Source: a virus
Taxonomy: Duplodnaviria; Caudoviricetes
Strand: one strand, 5' to 3'
DNA: 26,970 bases
IMG/VR virus record: IMGVR_UViG_3300028610_000695
Location: 1-26,970 of that record
The notes under the pieces are model-generated. The model did no database searches. It was not told the origin of the DNA and was given only the letters and a program-made list of their open reading frames with translations. Shown here one piece after another: positions 15,349 to 23,315 of the stretch (positions within the stretch are counted from its first letter, which is position 1; the number at the start of each line of letters is the position of its first letter). The translations under genes were made by a program, and so were the position numbers.

Positions 15349-17371
15349 GAACTTAGGAGAGATTAGACGCTCATCGTTAAAAGTCCTTCTAGTTGCCCGT
15401 AGAGAGAACCCCACCCTTGATGTGATAGAAGGTACCCCAAAGTATAGAAGGTTCCTTAGTAGGCTACTAGGAGCCTTTAAGCAACAGATTAGAGAGCTGA
15501 CTAAGAATCAAGCCTTCATAGCTGCTTTGAATGACGGGGATATAGGCTCGATAGGTAGGCTTATGAAACCTTTAGACTTCTTTTTCCCCATCGAAGAATT
15601 TGAAGCCTTTTTAATATGGGCTGCGGAGTTCGGCACGATATCGGCAAGAGATAAGATAATAATAACCCAACAGACAAATAGACTGGAACGCATAAAGGTT
15701 GACTCCTCGGAGGGTTTTGTATCTAAAGAGGCTGTCACCCTAATTAGGCAGAGAAGCCCTATATCATACGGCGAGATGGATGAGAGTACCCTTAAGCAAA
15801 TCAGTGGAGTAATCGCTAGGGGCTTTAGAGATGGACTAAACACCGATGATACAGTTACTAATCTGACTAGAAAGTGGAGTACCTTATCGGCTCACAAAGC
15901 TGATGTGATGGTAAGGACTGAGATAGCTTTTGCGGTATCGGCAAGTGAGAATTCACAATTTAAGGATTTGGGTGTAATTGCAACCACTTTTACAACTGTT
16001 GGCGACGACAGGGTGTGTCCCGTGTGTTTTCCTCTTGATGGTACGACCATACAAATAAATGGAAAGTTTCCTGTTGAGGGTGGTTTTGGTAATCAAGAAT
16101 TTCCACCCTTGCATTTCTTATGTTATGACGACAAAACAGAACTTTATACAGACGAAGGCTGGAAAGATTTTAGCGATTTAAAAGGAAACGAAAAAGTTTT
16201 AAGCCTTAATCCTGAAACATTTGAACTTGAATGGCAACCATATATTCGTCAAGTCAGATATTCATACAAAGGAAAGATGATTAGCTTTAAAAGTAGAGGC
16301 TTGAACTTACTAGTCACGCCAGACCATCAGATGTTTGTTGGCGCAAGAGTTGATAGGGGTAAAAAAGGGCGTAACGTAGAATGGGATTTTGTTAAGGCTC
16401 AAGAGCTAATGGAAAAAGTAGAATTTAGAATACCTCGAACAGGAAAATGGACAGGTAAAAGTCGAAAGTCAATAAATATAAATGGCTTAAAAATAGATGC
16501 AAAGACCTTTTGTTATTTTATGGGATATTATTTAAGTGAAGGTTCGACGGTCAAAAGAGGCGACAACTGGTATCAGACAAGCATACATCAGCAAGGCGAT
16601 GAAGGCCGAGATTATATATATGAGCATATTAAAGAGATGCCAGTTAAAGTTAATAGAGGCGTAGATAAAATATATATAAATAATGTTCAATTAGGAAAGT
16701 ATCTAAAACAATTCGGTAAGAGTTTTGAAAAGTTTGTACCTAAAGAGATAAAAGAACTTGATAAAGATTTAATCGGTATATTCTTAGATGCTTACTGTTA
16801 TGGTGACGGCTATACAGCAACAGCCAAATGGTCAGAAAAGAACTTAGTTTCTACGGCTAGGCGTTATTTTACTAGCAGTAAGAAAATGGCAGAGGATATA
16901 GGTGAGCTGCTTTTAAAGTTCGGTAAACATCCATCATTTCGTTGCGATCCGACTAAAGGCAAGGAGCAGAAGTTTAGTAACGGAACTTATATTATCAACC
17001 ACGACACATGGGTTGTTTTTGAATGTCATTCTAAGACGGCAATTGGAGGCAAGGATGCAAGTCACGGTGTTGTAACTGAAGAGGTTGATTATGATGGCGA
17101 GGTTTTTTGTATAGAACTTCCCAAAAATCATGTGTTCTGGGTTAGGAGAAATGGTCAAACGGCGTTCTCTGGTAATTGCAGATGCTACACCATGCCAGTA
17201 TTCCAAGATATCAGCGTAGACATCCTAGACCTACCCGCAGGGCCGAAGCCTAAGAGCTTTATAACCCCATCCAAGCTAAGGAAACCTAAGAAGCCAGCAC
17301 CGACCAAAGAGCTTCAATCAGTACCAGTCGAGGCAGGGGTGACAGGAGAACCGCCAAGTGATAATATATAG
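15329..17371 (+). CDS. MuF / SPP1 gp7-like minor head (morphogenesis) protein containing an intein
   Basis: VRTEIAFA, TVGDDRVCPVC..LDG and PPLHFL|CRC are MuF motifs; AAGGAG SD 7 nt before TTG 15329. Confidence 0.9.
   Translation: MSVTLIENLGEIRRSSLKVLLVARRENPTLDVIEGTPKYRRFLSRLLGAFKQQIRELTKNQAFIAALNDGDIGSIGRLMKPLDFFFPIEEFEAFLIWAAEFGTISARDKIIITQQTNRLERIKVDSSEGFVSKEAVTLIRQRSPISYGEMDESTLKQISGVIARGFRDGLNTDDTVTNLTRKWSTLSAHKADVMVRTEIAFAVSASENSQFKDLGVIATTFTTVGDDRVCPVCFPLDGTTIQINGKFPVEGGFGNQEFPPLHFLCYDDKTELYTDEGWKDFSDLKGNEKVLSLNPETFELEWQPYIRQVRYSYKGKMISFKSRGLNLLVTPDHQMFVGARVDRGKKGRNVEWDFVKAQELMEKVEFRIPRTGKWTGKSRKSININGLKIDAKTFCYFMGYYLSEGSTVKRGDNWYQTSIHQQGDEGRDYIYEHIKEMPVKVNRGVDKIYINNVQLGKYLKQFGKSFEKFVPKEIKELDKDLIGIFLDAYCYGDGYTATAKWSEKNLVSTARRYFTSSKKMAEDIGELLLKFGKHPSFRCDPTKGKEQKFSNGTYIINHDTWVVFECHSKTAIGGKDASHGVVTEEVDYDGEVFCIELPKNHVFWVRRNGQTAFSGNCRCYTMPVFQDISVDILDLPAGPKPKSFITPSKLRKPKKPAPTKELQSVPVEAGVTGEPPSDNI
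16121..17176 (+). mobile_element. Intein (352 aa) with LAGLIDADG homing endonuclease
   Basis: Block A CYDDKTELYTDEGWK, block B VTPDHQMF, LAGLIDADG-type FMGYYLSEGS and FLDAYCYGDG, block F/G VFCIELPKNHVFWVRRNG..FSGN, then +1 Cys. Confidence 0.95.
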
Positions 17372-17392
17372 TAATCGGAGCAAAGGAGCAGC

Positions 17393-17551
17393 ATGGATGA
17401 TAAGGTTCTAAGGATTGTTACGAGTTGGGGAAGCTGGTTAATGACAGGTTTAGCCATAGCCCTTCTTTCTACCAAAAGTTATGACCAAGCAATATTTACG
17501 ATGCTATTAGCTATATGGTTTCAGCTAAGGAGCAATAGATGGAGCAACTAA
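17393..17551 (+). CDS. 52-aa protein with two hydrophobic segments (not in ORF track)
   Basis: AAGGAG SD; MDDKVLRIVTSWGSWLMTGLAIALLSTKSYDQAIFTMLLAIWFQLRSNRWSN. Confidence 0.55.
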   Translation: MDDKVLRIVTSWGSWLMTGLAIALLSTKSYDQAIFTMLLAIWFQLRSNRWSN

Positions 17552-18378
17552 CCACCGCCCTATGTGTACCCGTAAGAGGCCAGCTAAACGAGACTAAGGG
17601 CGTTCACGGCCTGTTTAACGACTACTTCATGGGAAAGGTTTACATAGCCGACTCCCTACCTACCTCTGAATCAGAGAACTTCTTTAGGAAGCTATACGGG
17701 CGGCGGTTAAAGTATCTGTCTATGGAAGGTTCGTTTATCCTTAACCAGCTTAATTCAATGTGGAAAGAGGCCAGCGAGGATATAGTTATCTATACCCATA
17801 ACGATGTTTACTTATATGGCGATTGGGAAACTCAGGTTAAAGACGCTTTCGCTAACCCCGAAGTAGGATTTGTAGCAGCTATCGGAATGAGGGGAACGCT
17901 AGCCGGTGGCGGTCGCTTAGATATTATGAGCAATATGTTGGAGGCAGAGGTTCACGGTAGACGTTCCACGAAAGAGGAATTTATAACTCATGGGGATGGA
18001 TTCTTTCTAGCGTTTAGGCGTAAGGCTCTGTTTGATGTAGGGGGATTTGATGATAAAGACTATGTAAGATTCCACGGTTGGGATCGAAACATTGCCATGC
18101 AGATGATTGAAGCAGGCTTTAAAGGAAAGTATGTACCTATCTCATGCCATCACAGAAGCGGAGTAACAGCTTGCGGAAATGAATATCAAAACGCCGTTAA
18201 TGAGATACGAGGAATTTCTGAGGGTGGAGACAAGCTAGATCACGACCATAACATGTATGAAGTGTTTAATAAGAAGTGGGGCGACAAGCTACCCATTATG
18301 GTAGACGAAGAGGGCAATTTAATGGAAGGGCCGAGTCAATGGGGCGATTTCAAGAATTGGCACAAAAAGAATGACTAA
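17539..18378 (+). CDS. GT-A (GT2-like) glycosyltransferase
   Basis: IVIYTHNDVYL (HxD variant of DxD), DGFFLAFRR..FDVGGFD..FHGWD, CHHRS. Confidence 0.85.
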   Translation: MEQLTTALCVPVRGQLNETKGVHGLFNDYFMGKVYIADSLPTSESENFFRKLYGRRLKYLSMEGSFILNQLNSMWKEASEDIVIYTHNDVYLYGDWETQVKDAFANPEVGFVAAIGMRGTLAGGGRLDIMSNMLEAEVHGRRSTKEEFITHGDGFFLAFRRKALFDVGGFDDKDYVRFHGWDRNIAMQMIEAGFKGKYVPISCHHRSGVTACGNEYQNAVNEIRGISEGGDKLDHDHNMYEVFNKKWGDKLPIMVDEEGNLMEGPSQWGDFKNWHKKND

Positions 18379-18824
18379 TCTTTTCGATGCTTTAAGCCAT
18401 GACAAGGGTGACAGAGCCATTGTAGGTTATCGAGGCTATTATTAAAAACATCCCCATCCATATGATGACAAACTATTTCCCGATGACGTGACTTTTGGAG
18501 GCCACAATCGACGCAGACATGAGGGCGATGCTTGGCGAGAAGATATCTAGCTATACCTCTCGATGTATTTTTCTTTCTTTCCTCAGCGTTCATCGGAGGC
18601 AAGGGGTTTCTCTTTCTGATAGCTTTCATTCTTGCATTGTTCTCTTTTTTGTGACTTTCATTATATTTGCGCCAGATAACTTTACGTCTTTCGGGGTTGT
18701 TGGCTGCCCAATGTTTGTCATTGCAGGGCTTAGAGCAATATTTTTTAATGGAGTAAACACTTTCAATGGGTTCGCCGCATTGAAGGCAGTTACTATGATG
18801 AACTTTAGAGGGTTGCTTATTCAT
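18375..18824 (-). CDS. Free-standing HNH homing endonuclease, antisense to the operon
   Basis: CLQCG..KYCSKPC N-terminal zinc motif; CVDCG..CHHMDGDVFNNSLDNLQWLCHPCH HNH motif; start placed at ATG 18824 because of the promoter geometry. Confidence 0.9.
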   Translation of the reverse strand: MNKQPSKVHHSNCLQCGEPIESVYSIKKYCSKPCNDKHWAANNPERRKVIWRKYNESHKKENNARMKAIRKRNPLPPMNAEERKKNTSRGIARYLLAKHRPHVCVDCGLQKSRHREIVCHHMDGDVFNNSLDNLQWLCHPCHGLKHRKD

Positions 18825-18860
18825 AGTAACTATCATATTATAGTTATGACAGTTAGTCAA
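18825..18860 (-). promoter_or_regulatory. Sigma70-type promoter for the HNH gene, likely leaderless mRNA
   Basis: On the minus strand: TTGACT (18860-18855), 17 nt, TATGAT (18837-18832), 7 nt, ATG. Confidence 0.7.
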
Positions 18861-18875
18861 TAAAGGAGCAGTAGC

Positions 18876-19091
18876 ATGAAGTTTGAGAGAAAAAGCGGAA
18901 CAGTTGAAGCGGTACGATTAAATCAAGACATATCTTTTCCTGAAGTTGTCTTTAACGGAAATGGGGAGCCATTCCACCGAACCGGACTAGCAGGCAATTG
19001 GTTAGTTATAGATGATGAGCTTGGATGCCAGTTTATTTATACAGACGATGAGTTCACAAGGCTTCATAAGAAACTTAAGGAAGCCAAGTGA
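18876..19091 (+). CDS. Divergent PGDYG-like small phage protein
   Basis: MKFERKSGTVEAV...GLAGNWLV...G..F....F parallels 4344-4622. Confidence 0.6.
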   Translation: MKFERKSGTVEAVRLNQDISFPEVVFNGNGEPFHRTGLAGNWLVIDDELGCQFIYTDDEFTRLHKKLKEAK

Positions 19092-19639
19092 AAACCTTTG
19101 AAGAAATATGGAGCTTATCAGAAACCATAACAGGGGCTTTTGACAAGAGAGAAGCGGAAGCGGTTTATAACACTGTCAAGGATTTAGGCGAGGATAACTG
19201 CGTAGTCGAAATAGGTTCTTATCTTGGTCGCTCATCATCAGTAATCGGTCAGGTTGCTAAAGATAAGGGATTTATATTCTATTGTATTGACCCTTTTGTT
19301 GAAACGGCTATTAAAGATTTTATGGCTAATATGTTGAGGGTTAATGCTGGCTATGTCCTTTTCAATAAAACCTCTGTCGCTGCTAATGTCGATTGGAAAA
19401 ACGGCACTTACCCTAAGATTGATTTCCTACTTGTAGACGGTGGACACCATTACCCCGAAGTTAGAAATGATTGCCTGCTATGGCTACCCCTTTTAGTTGA
19501 CGGTGGTACGGTTGCTTTCCATGACTATCAATCCTCTTGGCATGGTGTTAAGAAAGCTGTTGATAAGTATGTCACGGGCAGCTTTGGATATAACGAGACA
19601 GTTGTTTCCATGAAGATGTTTAGGAAATATAATGACTAG
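19088..19639 (+). CDS. Class I SAM-dependent methyltransferase (Methyltransf_24-like)
   Basis: VVEIGSYLGRSS, YCIDPF, IDFLLVDGGHHY, LLVDGGTVAFHDY. Confidence 0.92.
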   Translation: MKTFEEIWSLSETITGAFDKREAEAVYNTVKDLGEDNCVVEIGSYLGRSSSVIGQVAKDKGFIFYCIDPFVETAIKDFMANMLRVNAGYVLFNKTSVAANVDWKNGTYPKIDFLLVDGGHHYPEVRNDCLLWLPLLVDGGTVAFHDYQSSWHGVKKAVDKYVTGSFGYNETVVSMKMFRKYND

Positions 19640-20309
19640 CCCCCTAGTAACCGTATTCACTCTAAGCTATAACAAGCCTGACTATGTGGGTGAAGCTATT
19701 GTCTCGGTATTGAATCAGACGTTTAAGGACTTTGAGTATGTCATTGTTGAGAACTCAACCGATAAGATAACTAGAAAGATAGTTCGTTGGTACGATGATG
19801 ACCCACGAATAGAAATAATTGACAAAGACTTTGAGCAGCAAATAAGAGCTAGCTTTAATATTGAGAGCATTATAAAGAACGTCAACTATTCGTCAGCTAA
19901 CGGCAAGTACATCTTATTCCTAGCCGACGACGACATATTAAAACCTAATTGCCTAGAAGAACATATCAAAGACTTTCAAGCCCACGAAAAGCACAGGGCT
20001 AACTATCACAGCGTCGAGTGTCAGTTCGCTAACGGCGTGGATACCTTACTCAAAGCAGAGGCGACATTTAATAAGGAATATAAACCCTATTGCAAAACGG
20101 ATGGGGGAGCAGTCATGTTTGAAACCTCGTTATTTGACAAGCTCTTTTTCGATACCGACCTTAAGAACGCAGCGGAGAGTGACGGCCTTTTCTTAAATCA
20201 ATTAGTAGAACTAACCGACATCCACCCAATAGATAAAGTCCTATCAATTAAACGGATAACACCTATATCAAATTACAATAAGAGTGAGGGGAATAGATGG
20301 CAAAAGTAG
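19632..20309 (+). CDS. GT2 glycosyltransferase (SpsA-like)
   Basis: VTVFTLSYNKPDYVGEAIVSVLNQTFKDFE and GKYILFLADDD; the N-terminus closely recalls B. subtilis SpsA. Confidence 0.92.
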   Translation: MTSPLVTVFTLSYNKPDYVGEAIVSVLNQTFKDFEYVIVENSTDKITRKIVRWYDDDPRIEIIDKDFEQQIRASFNIESIIKNVNYSSANGKYILFLADDDILKPNCLEEHIKDFQAHEKHRANYHSVECQFANGVDTLLKAEATFNKEYKPYCKTDGGAVMFETSLFDKLFFDTDLKNAAESDGLFLNQLVELTDIHPIDKVLSIKRITPISNYNKSEGNRWQK

Positions 20310-20995
20310 GAATCATATTACCAAGCTTTGAGAAACCCATGTTTGTACTGGACGCTATCAACTCAGTTATCAATCAGACGTTTCAAGATTGGGAATTGCT
20401 GATAGTTGAGAACTCGAAGAATAAAAAGGTATGCGAAGTAATTGAAAAGTCCATAGAAGATAGACGTGTAGTCCTAGACTATCGCAATATGGATAACCAT
20501 AGAAACCTAGACCAATATCCAACGTCGGTTATCGTGAATGAATGTTATCGTAATATATTCTTAACTGACATCGAATATCTCTTCTACCTAAGCGACGACG
20601 ACACACTAGAGCCTGAATGTTTAGAGGAACTAGTTAAGGTATTAGACCAAGGCCATGATGTTTCCTACTGTGCTATCAAGCACTGGACGCAGCAGGAGGC
20701 CGGAGGATTCATTGAGAGCCACGATCAGCAAGTAGATAAGCTAAGAGGTATCCAAGAGATAGGGAGTCCCGTAGATTGCATATTCGATGGCGGTCAAATT
20801 CTCTTTAGGCGAAACTGTTTACACGAATTAGAGCAACCCTACTATCCAGAAAAGGGAGAACATACAAGCCACTGTGACGGCGTGTTTATGACTAAGTTAA
20901 TTAGCAAGTTCGCTTGGCATCCAGTAGCGAGCAATAAACCTCTAGTGAATCATCGGAGAACTAAATTATCGGTATGGAGGAATAACCGTGTTTGA
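20297..20995 (+). CDS. GT2 glycosyltransferase (SpsA-like paralogue)
   Basis: VGIILPSFEKP..AINSVINQTFQDWELLIVENS, YLFYLSDDD, DGGQILF, CDGVF. Confidence 0.92.
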   Translation: MAKVGIILPSFEKPMFVLDAINSVINQTFQDWELLIVENSKNKKVCEVIEKSIEDRRVVLDYRNMDNHRNLDQYPTSVIVNECYRNIFLTDIEYLFYLSDDDTLEPECLEELVKVLDQGHDVSYCAIKHWTQQEAGGFIESHDQQVDKLRGIQEIGSPVDCIFDGGQILFRRNCLHELEQPYYPEKGEHTSHCDGVFMTKLISKFAWHPVASNKPLVNHRRTKLSVWRNNRV

Positions 20996-21716
20996 GCGAA
21001 TAGTGTTTCTAGGTGGCAAGGATATAGGGTGTAAGATATTAGAACACCTACTTTTAATGGGTGAGCCTGTTAAGGGAGTAGTTCCAAACAAAGCTGATTG
21101 GCCTCCCCATAATTATCCTCCAATCCTTAGAAACCTATCTGAATCAGTCCATTGGTGTCATGGAGAAAATGATTTCGATTTTATCAAATCCCTTGAACCC
21201 GATATAATCATAGTCGCCTACTACGACGGCATCTTACCAAAAGAAATTATCGACCTACCGAAACATGGCTGCATCAATATCCACCTAGCCGACGCTGAAA
21301 AGTATAGAGGCTGCTACCCAACTGTCCATGCCATTATGAATGGTGATAAAGAATACGGCGTTACAATTCATAAGATAGACGAGGGGATAGACACGGGGGA
21401 TATTTATGTTAAATGGAATTTCCCCATCGATGAAGGTGTGAACGGCAAGGAGCTATACGACAAAGCCACGCACATAGGGTTTAGGTGCTTCCAATACTTT
21501 TGGGATGTCTTTAAAGAAGGAATGATAGCACCTAGAAAGCAAGCCAACGGAACAGCAATCCACCATAAAAGGGAACTGCCATCGAAAGAAATAGAGGTAA
21601 GAGGTAACGATAAACGAAAGATACTAGCCCTAGACTTTCAACCGCATGAGCCTTGTTACGTTCAAATAGGAAAAAGGAGGTATCACCTAATTGAGGATAC
21701 CACTATTAAAGCCTAA
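20988..21716 (+). CDS. N10-formyl-THF-dependent formyltransferase (probable sugar N-formyltransferase)
   Basis: PDIIIVAYY..ILP, CINIH..KYRG, GVTIHKIDEGIDTGDI; lacks the full C-terminal domain of Met-tRNA Fmt; overlaps the aminotransferase gene. Confidence 0.88.
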   Translation: MFERIVFLGGKDIGCKILEHLLLMGEPVKGVVPNKADWPPHNYPPILRNLSESVHWCHGENDFDFIKSLEPDIIIVAYYDGILPKEIIDLPKHGCINIHLADAEKYRGCYPTVHAIMNGDKEYGVTIHKIDEGIDTGDIYVKWNFPIDEGVNGKELYDKATHIGFRCFQYFWDVFKEGMIAPRKQANGTAIHHKRELPSKEIEVRGNDKRKILALDFQPHEPCYVQIGKRRYHLIEDTTIKA

Positions 21717-22788
21717 ATACTTTCCCGAGATAACAGAGGAAATCGAAGCTGTCTTAAAAAGTGGATGGTGGGGTATGGGTAGCATGGTCGAACTATTTGA
21801 AGATGAGTTTGTTAAGTTCTTAAATAACAGAGGCCATAATATCAAGTATGCTGTTGCTGTAAATAGTGGAACGGCAGCATTGCATCTAGCATTAAAGGAA
21901 AGAGCAGCGGGAAGAAGTGTAGAGCATGGCAATATAGTAGTTCCTGCTTTCACGTTCGCTTCTACGGCTATGGTCGGTCTATACGAGGGTTACGACATAC
22001 GCTTTGCAGATATCAACCCTAAAACGTATTGTATGGATTTAGAACATGCTCAATCTTTGATAGATGAAAACACCGTAGCGGTAATCCCTGTCAACTTTGC
22101 TGGACGTACTTATCATTGTGACGAGAAGTACCGCAGCTTTATTATCGAGGATTGCGCTCACTCCCTAGATATCGCCTCAAAAGTATCTCAATATCAAGCA
22201 TGGTCTTTTCACGCTGTTAAGCCTATCCCTTGCGGTGACGGTGGAATGATAACAATTAAGAATAATGATGTAGCCTACGAGCGATTAAAGAAATTACGCT
22301 GGCTAGGGATTGACAAGGATACTCACGCTAGAGAGAACCGAGGGTATAACTGGGAATATGATATCGGCATGGTTGGATTCAAATACCACATGAATGATTT
22401 AACCGCAGCAATCGGATTAGTTCAGTTGAAGCACGCTAACGAAACAAGCGCAGGTAGGGCAGTAATTGCCAATAGATACGATCAGGCTTTCGGTGACGAT
22501 GAAGAAATCAAGTTACCCCCATTATCAAGATCGTGGCACTTATACGTTATCCAGATGCTACACGGCGATAGAGATGAGTTTATAGAGCACATGAGGTCTA
22601 ACGGTATCTCGGTAGGAGTTCACTATAAACCGCTTAATCATTACTCAATATTTCCTGACGCTGATTTACCGCATACCGAAGCAGCTTATAAAAGGATAGT
22701 GAGTTTACCTATCTATGCAGGTTTGCAAGAGAGCGAGCAGGAATTTATAATACAGAAAACTAGGGAGTGGCTAAAGAGGAGCAGCTAA
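21691..22788 (+). CDS. DegT/DnrJ/EryC1/StrS PLP-dependent sugar aminotransferase
   Basis: AVNSGTAALHLAL, VPAFTFAST, IIEDCAH, SFHAVKPI..GDGG (PLP Lys), GFKYHM, SLPIY. Confidence 0.95.
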   Translation: MRIPLLKPKYFPEITEEIEAVLKSGWWGMGSMVELFEDEFVKFLNNRGHNIKYAVAVNSGTAALHLALKERAAGRSVEHGNIVVPAFTFASTAMVGLYEGYDIRFADINPKTYCMDLEHAQSLIDENTVAVIPVNFAGRTYHCDEKYRSFIIEDCAHSLDIASKVSQYQAWSFHAVKPIPCGDGGMITIKNNDVAYERLKKLRWLGIDKDTHARENRGYNWEYDIGMVGFKYHMNDLTAAIGLVQLKHANETSAGRAVIANRYDQAFGDDEEIKLPPLSRSWHLYVIQMLHGDRDEFIEHMRSNGISVGVHYKPLNHYSIFPDADLPHTEAAYKRIVSLPIYAGLQESEQEFIIQKTREWLKRSS

Positions 22789-23315
22789 TGAATGAGAATG
22801 AGGAAGTATCACAAGACAATCGCACCGATGAAGAAAAGTTTACTTGGAAAATAGTAACCATGATTGGCAGTATCTTTAGAAAAGAACTTGATGAATATTA
22901 CAAAGACGGATATCCCGATAGAGGCGTTGAGAAAGAGCGAGATATTATCAAATTAGTTAAAGACTTTTATATAGATCAGGTATTAGACGATACTGAAACA
23001 TATACAACGAAGCCACCGGAAGAATATAGGGATAGCTTAGCTTGGTCGCAAGGATATGTAGAGGGAAGAGATGAAATAATACATCTTCTTGAAAAGAAAA
23101 AGGAACCTGTCGTTAGTCCGTTTGATAAAGTAATGAGCTTGTTAATTTTACGGAGCTTTAAGAGTTGGGATAAAGAAATATTAGGCGACTTTGCGACATC
23201 AGGCATGATAAACAGCAAAGAAGATGAGATTATTGCGGAGTGGGCTATCAATACAGCAATAGATAATATAGCTAAAAAAATAAGAGCAATGGAGGAAGAA
23301 TCAAAACCGCAATAG
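22788..23315 (+). CDS. Hypothetical acidic helical protein (start reassigned to ATG 22788)
   Basis: AGGAG SD and TAATG overlap with the aminotransferase stop. Confidence 0.65.
   Translation: MNENEEVSQDNRTDEEKFTWKIVTMIGSIFRKELDEYYKDGYPDRGVEKERDIIKLVKDFYIDQVLDDTETYTTKPPEEYRDSLAWSQGYVEGRDEIIHLLEKKKEPVVSPFDKVMSLLILRSFKSWDKEILGDFATSGMINSKEDEIIAEWAINTAIDNIAKKIRAMEEESKPQ

Noticed and set aside
763-17206. Numerous 60-135-aa minus-strand ORFs in the track, plus nested plus-strand ORFs 7951-8202 and 10172-10366
   Set aside because: They overlap well-supported plus-strand genes and show no motifs or RBS.
18495-18863. 122-aa plus-strand ORF
   Set aside because: It is the antisense shadow of the HNH gene, which has clear motifs and its own promoter; it has no SD or recognisable motif.
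20988-21716. Methionyl-tRNA formyltransferase (fmt)
   Set aside because: Too short, lacks the FMGTP start and the C-terminal tRNA-binding domain, and the context points to a sugar substrate.
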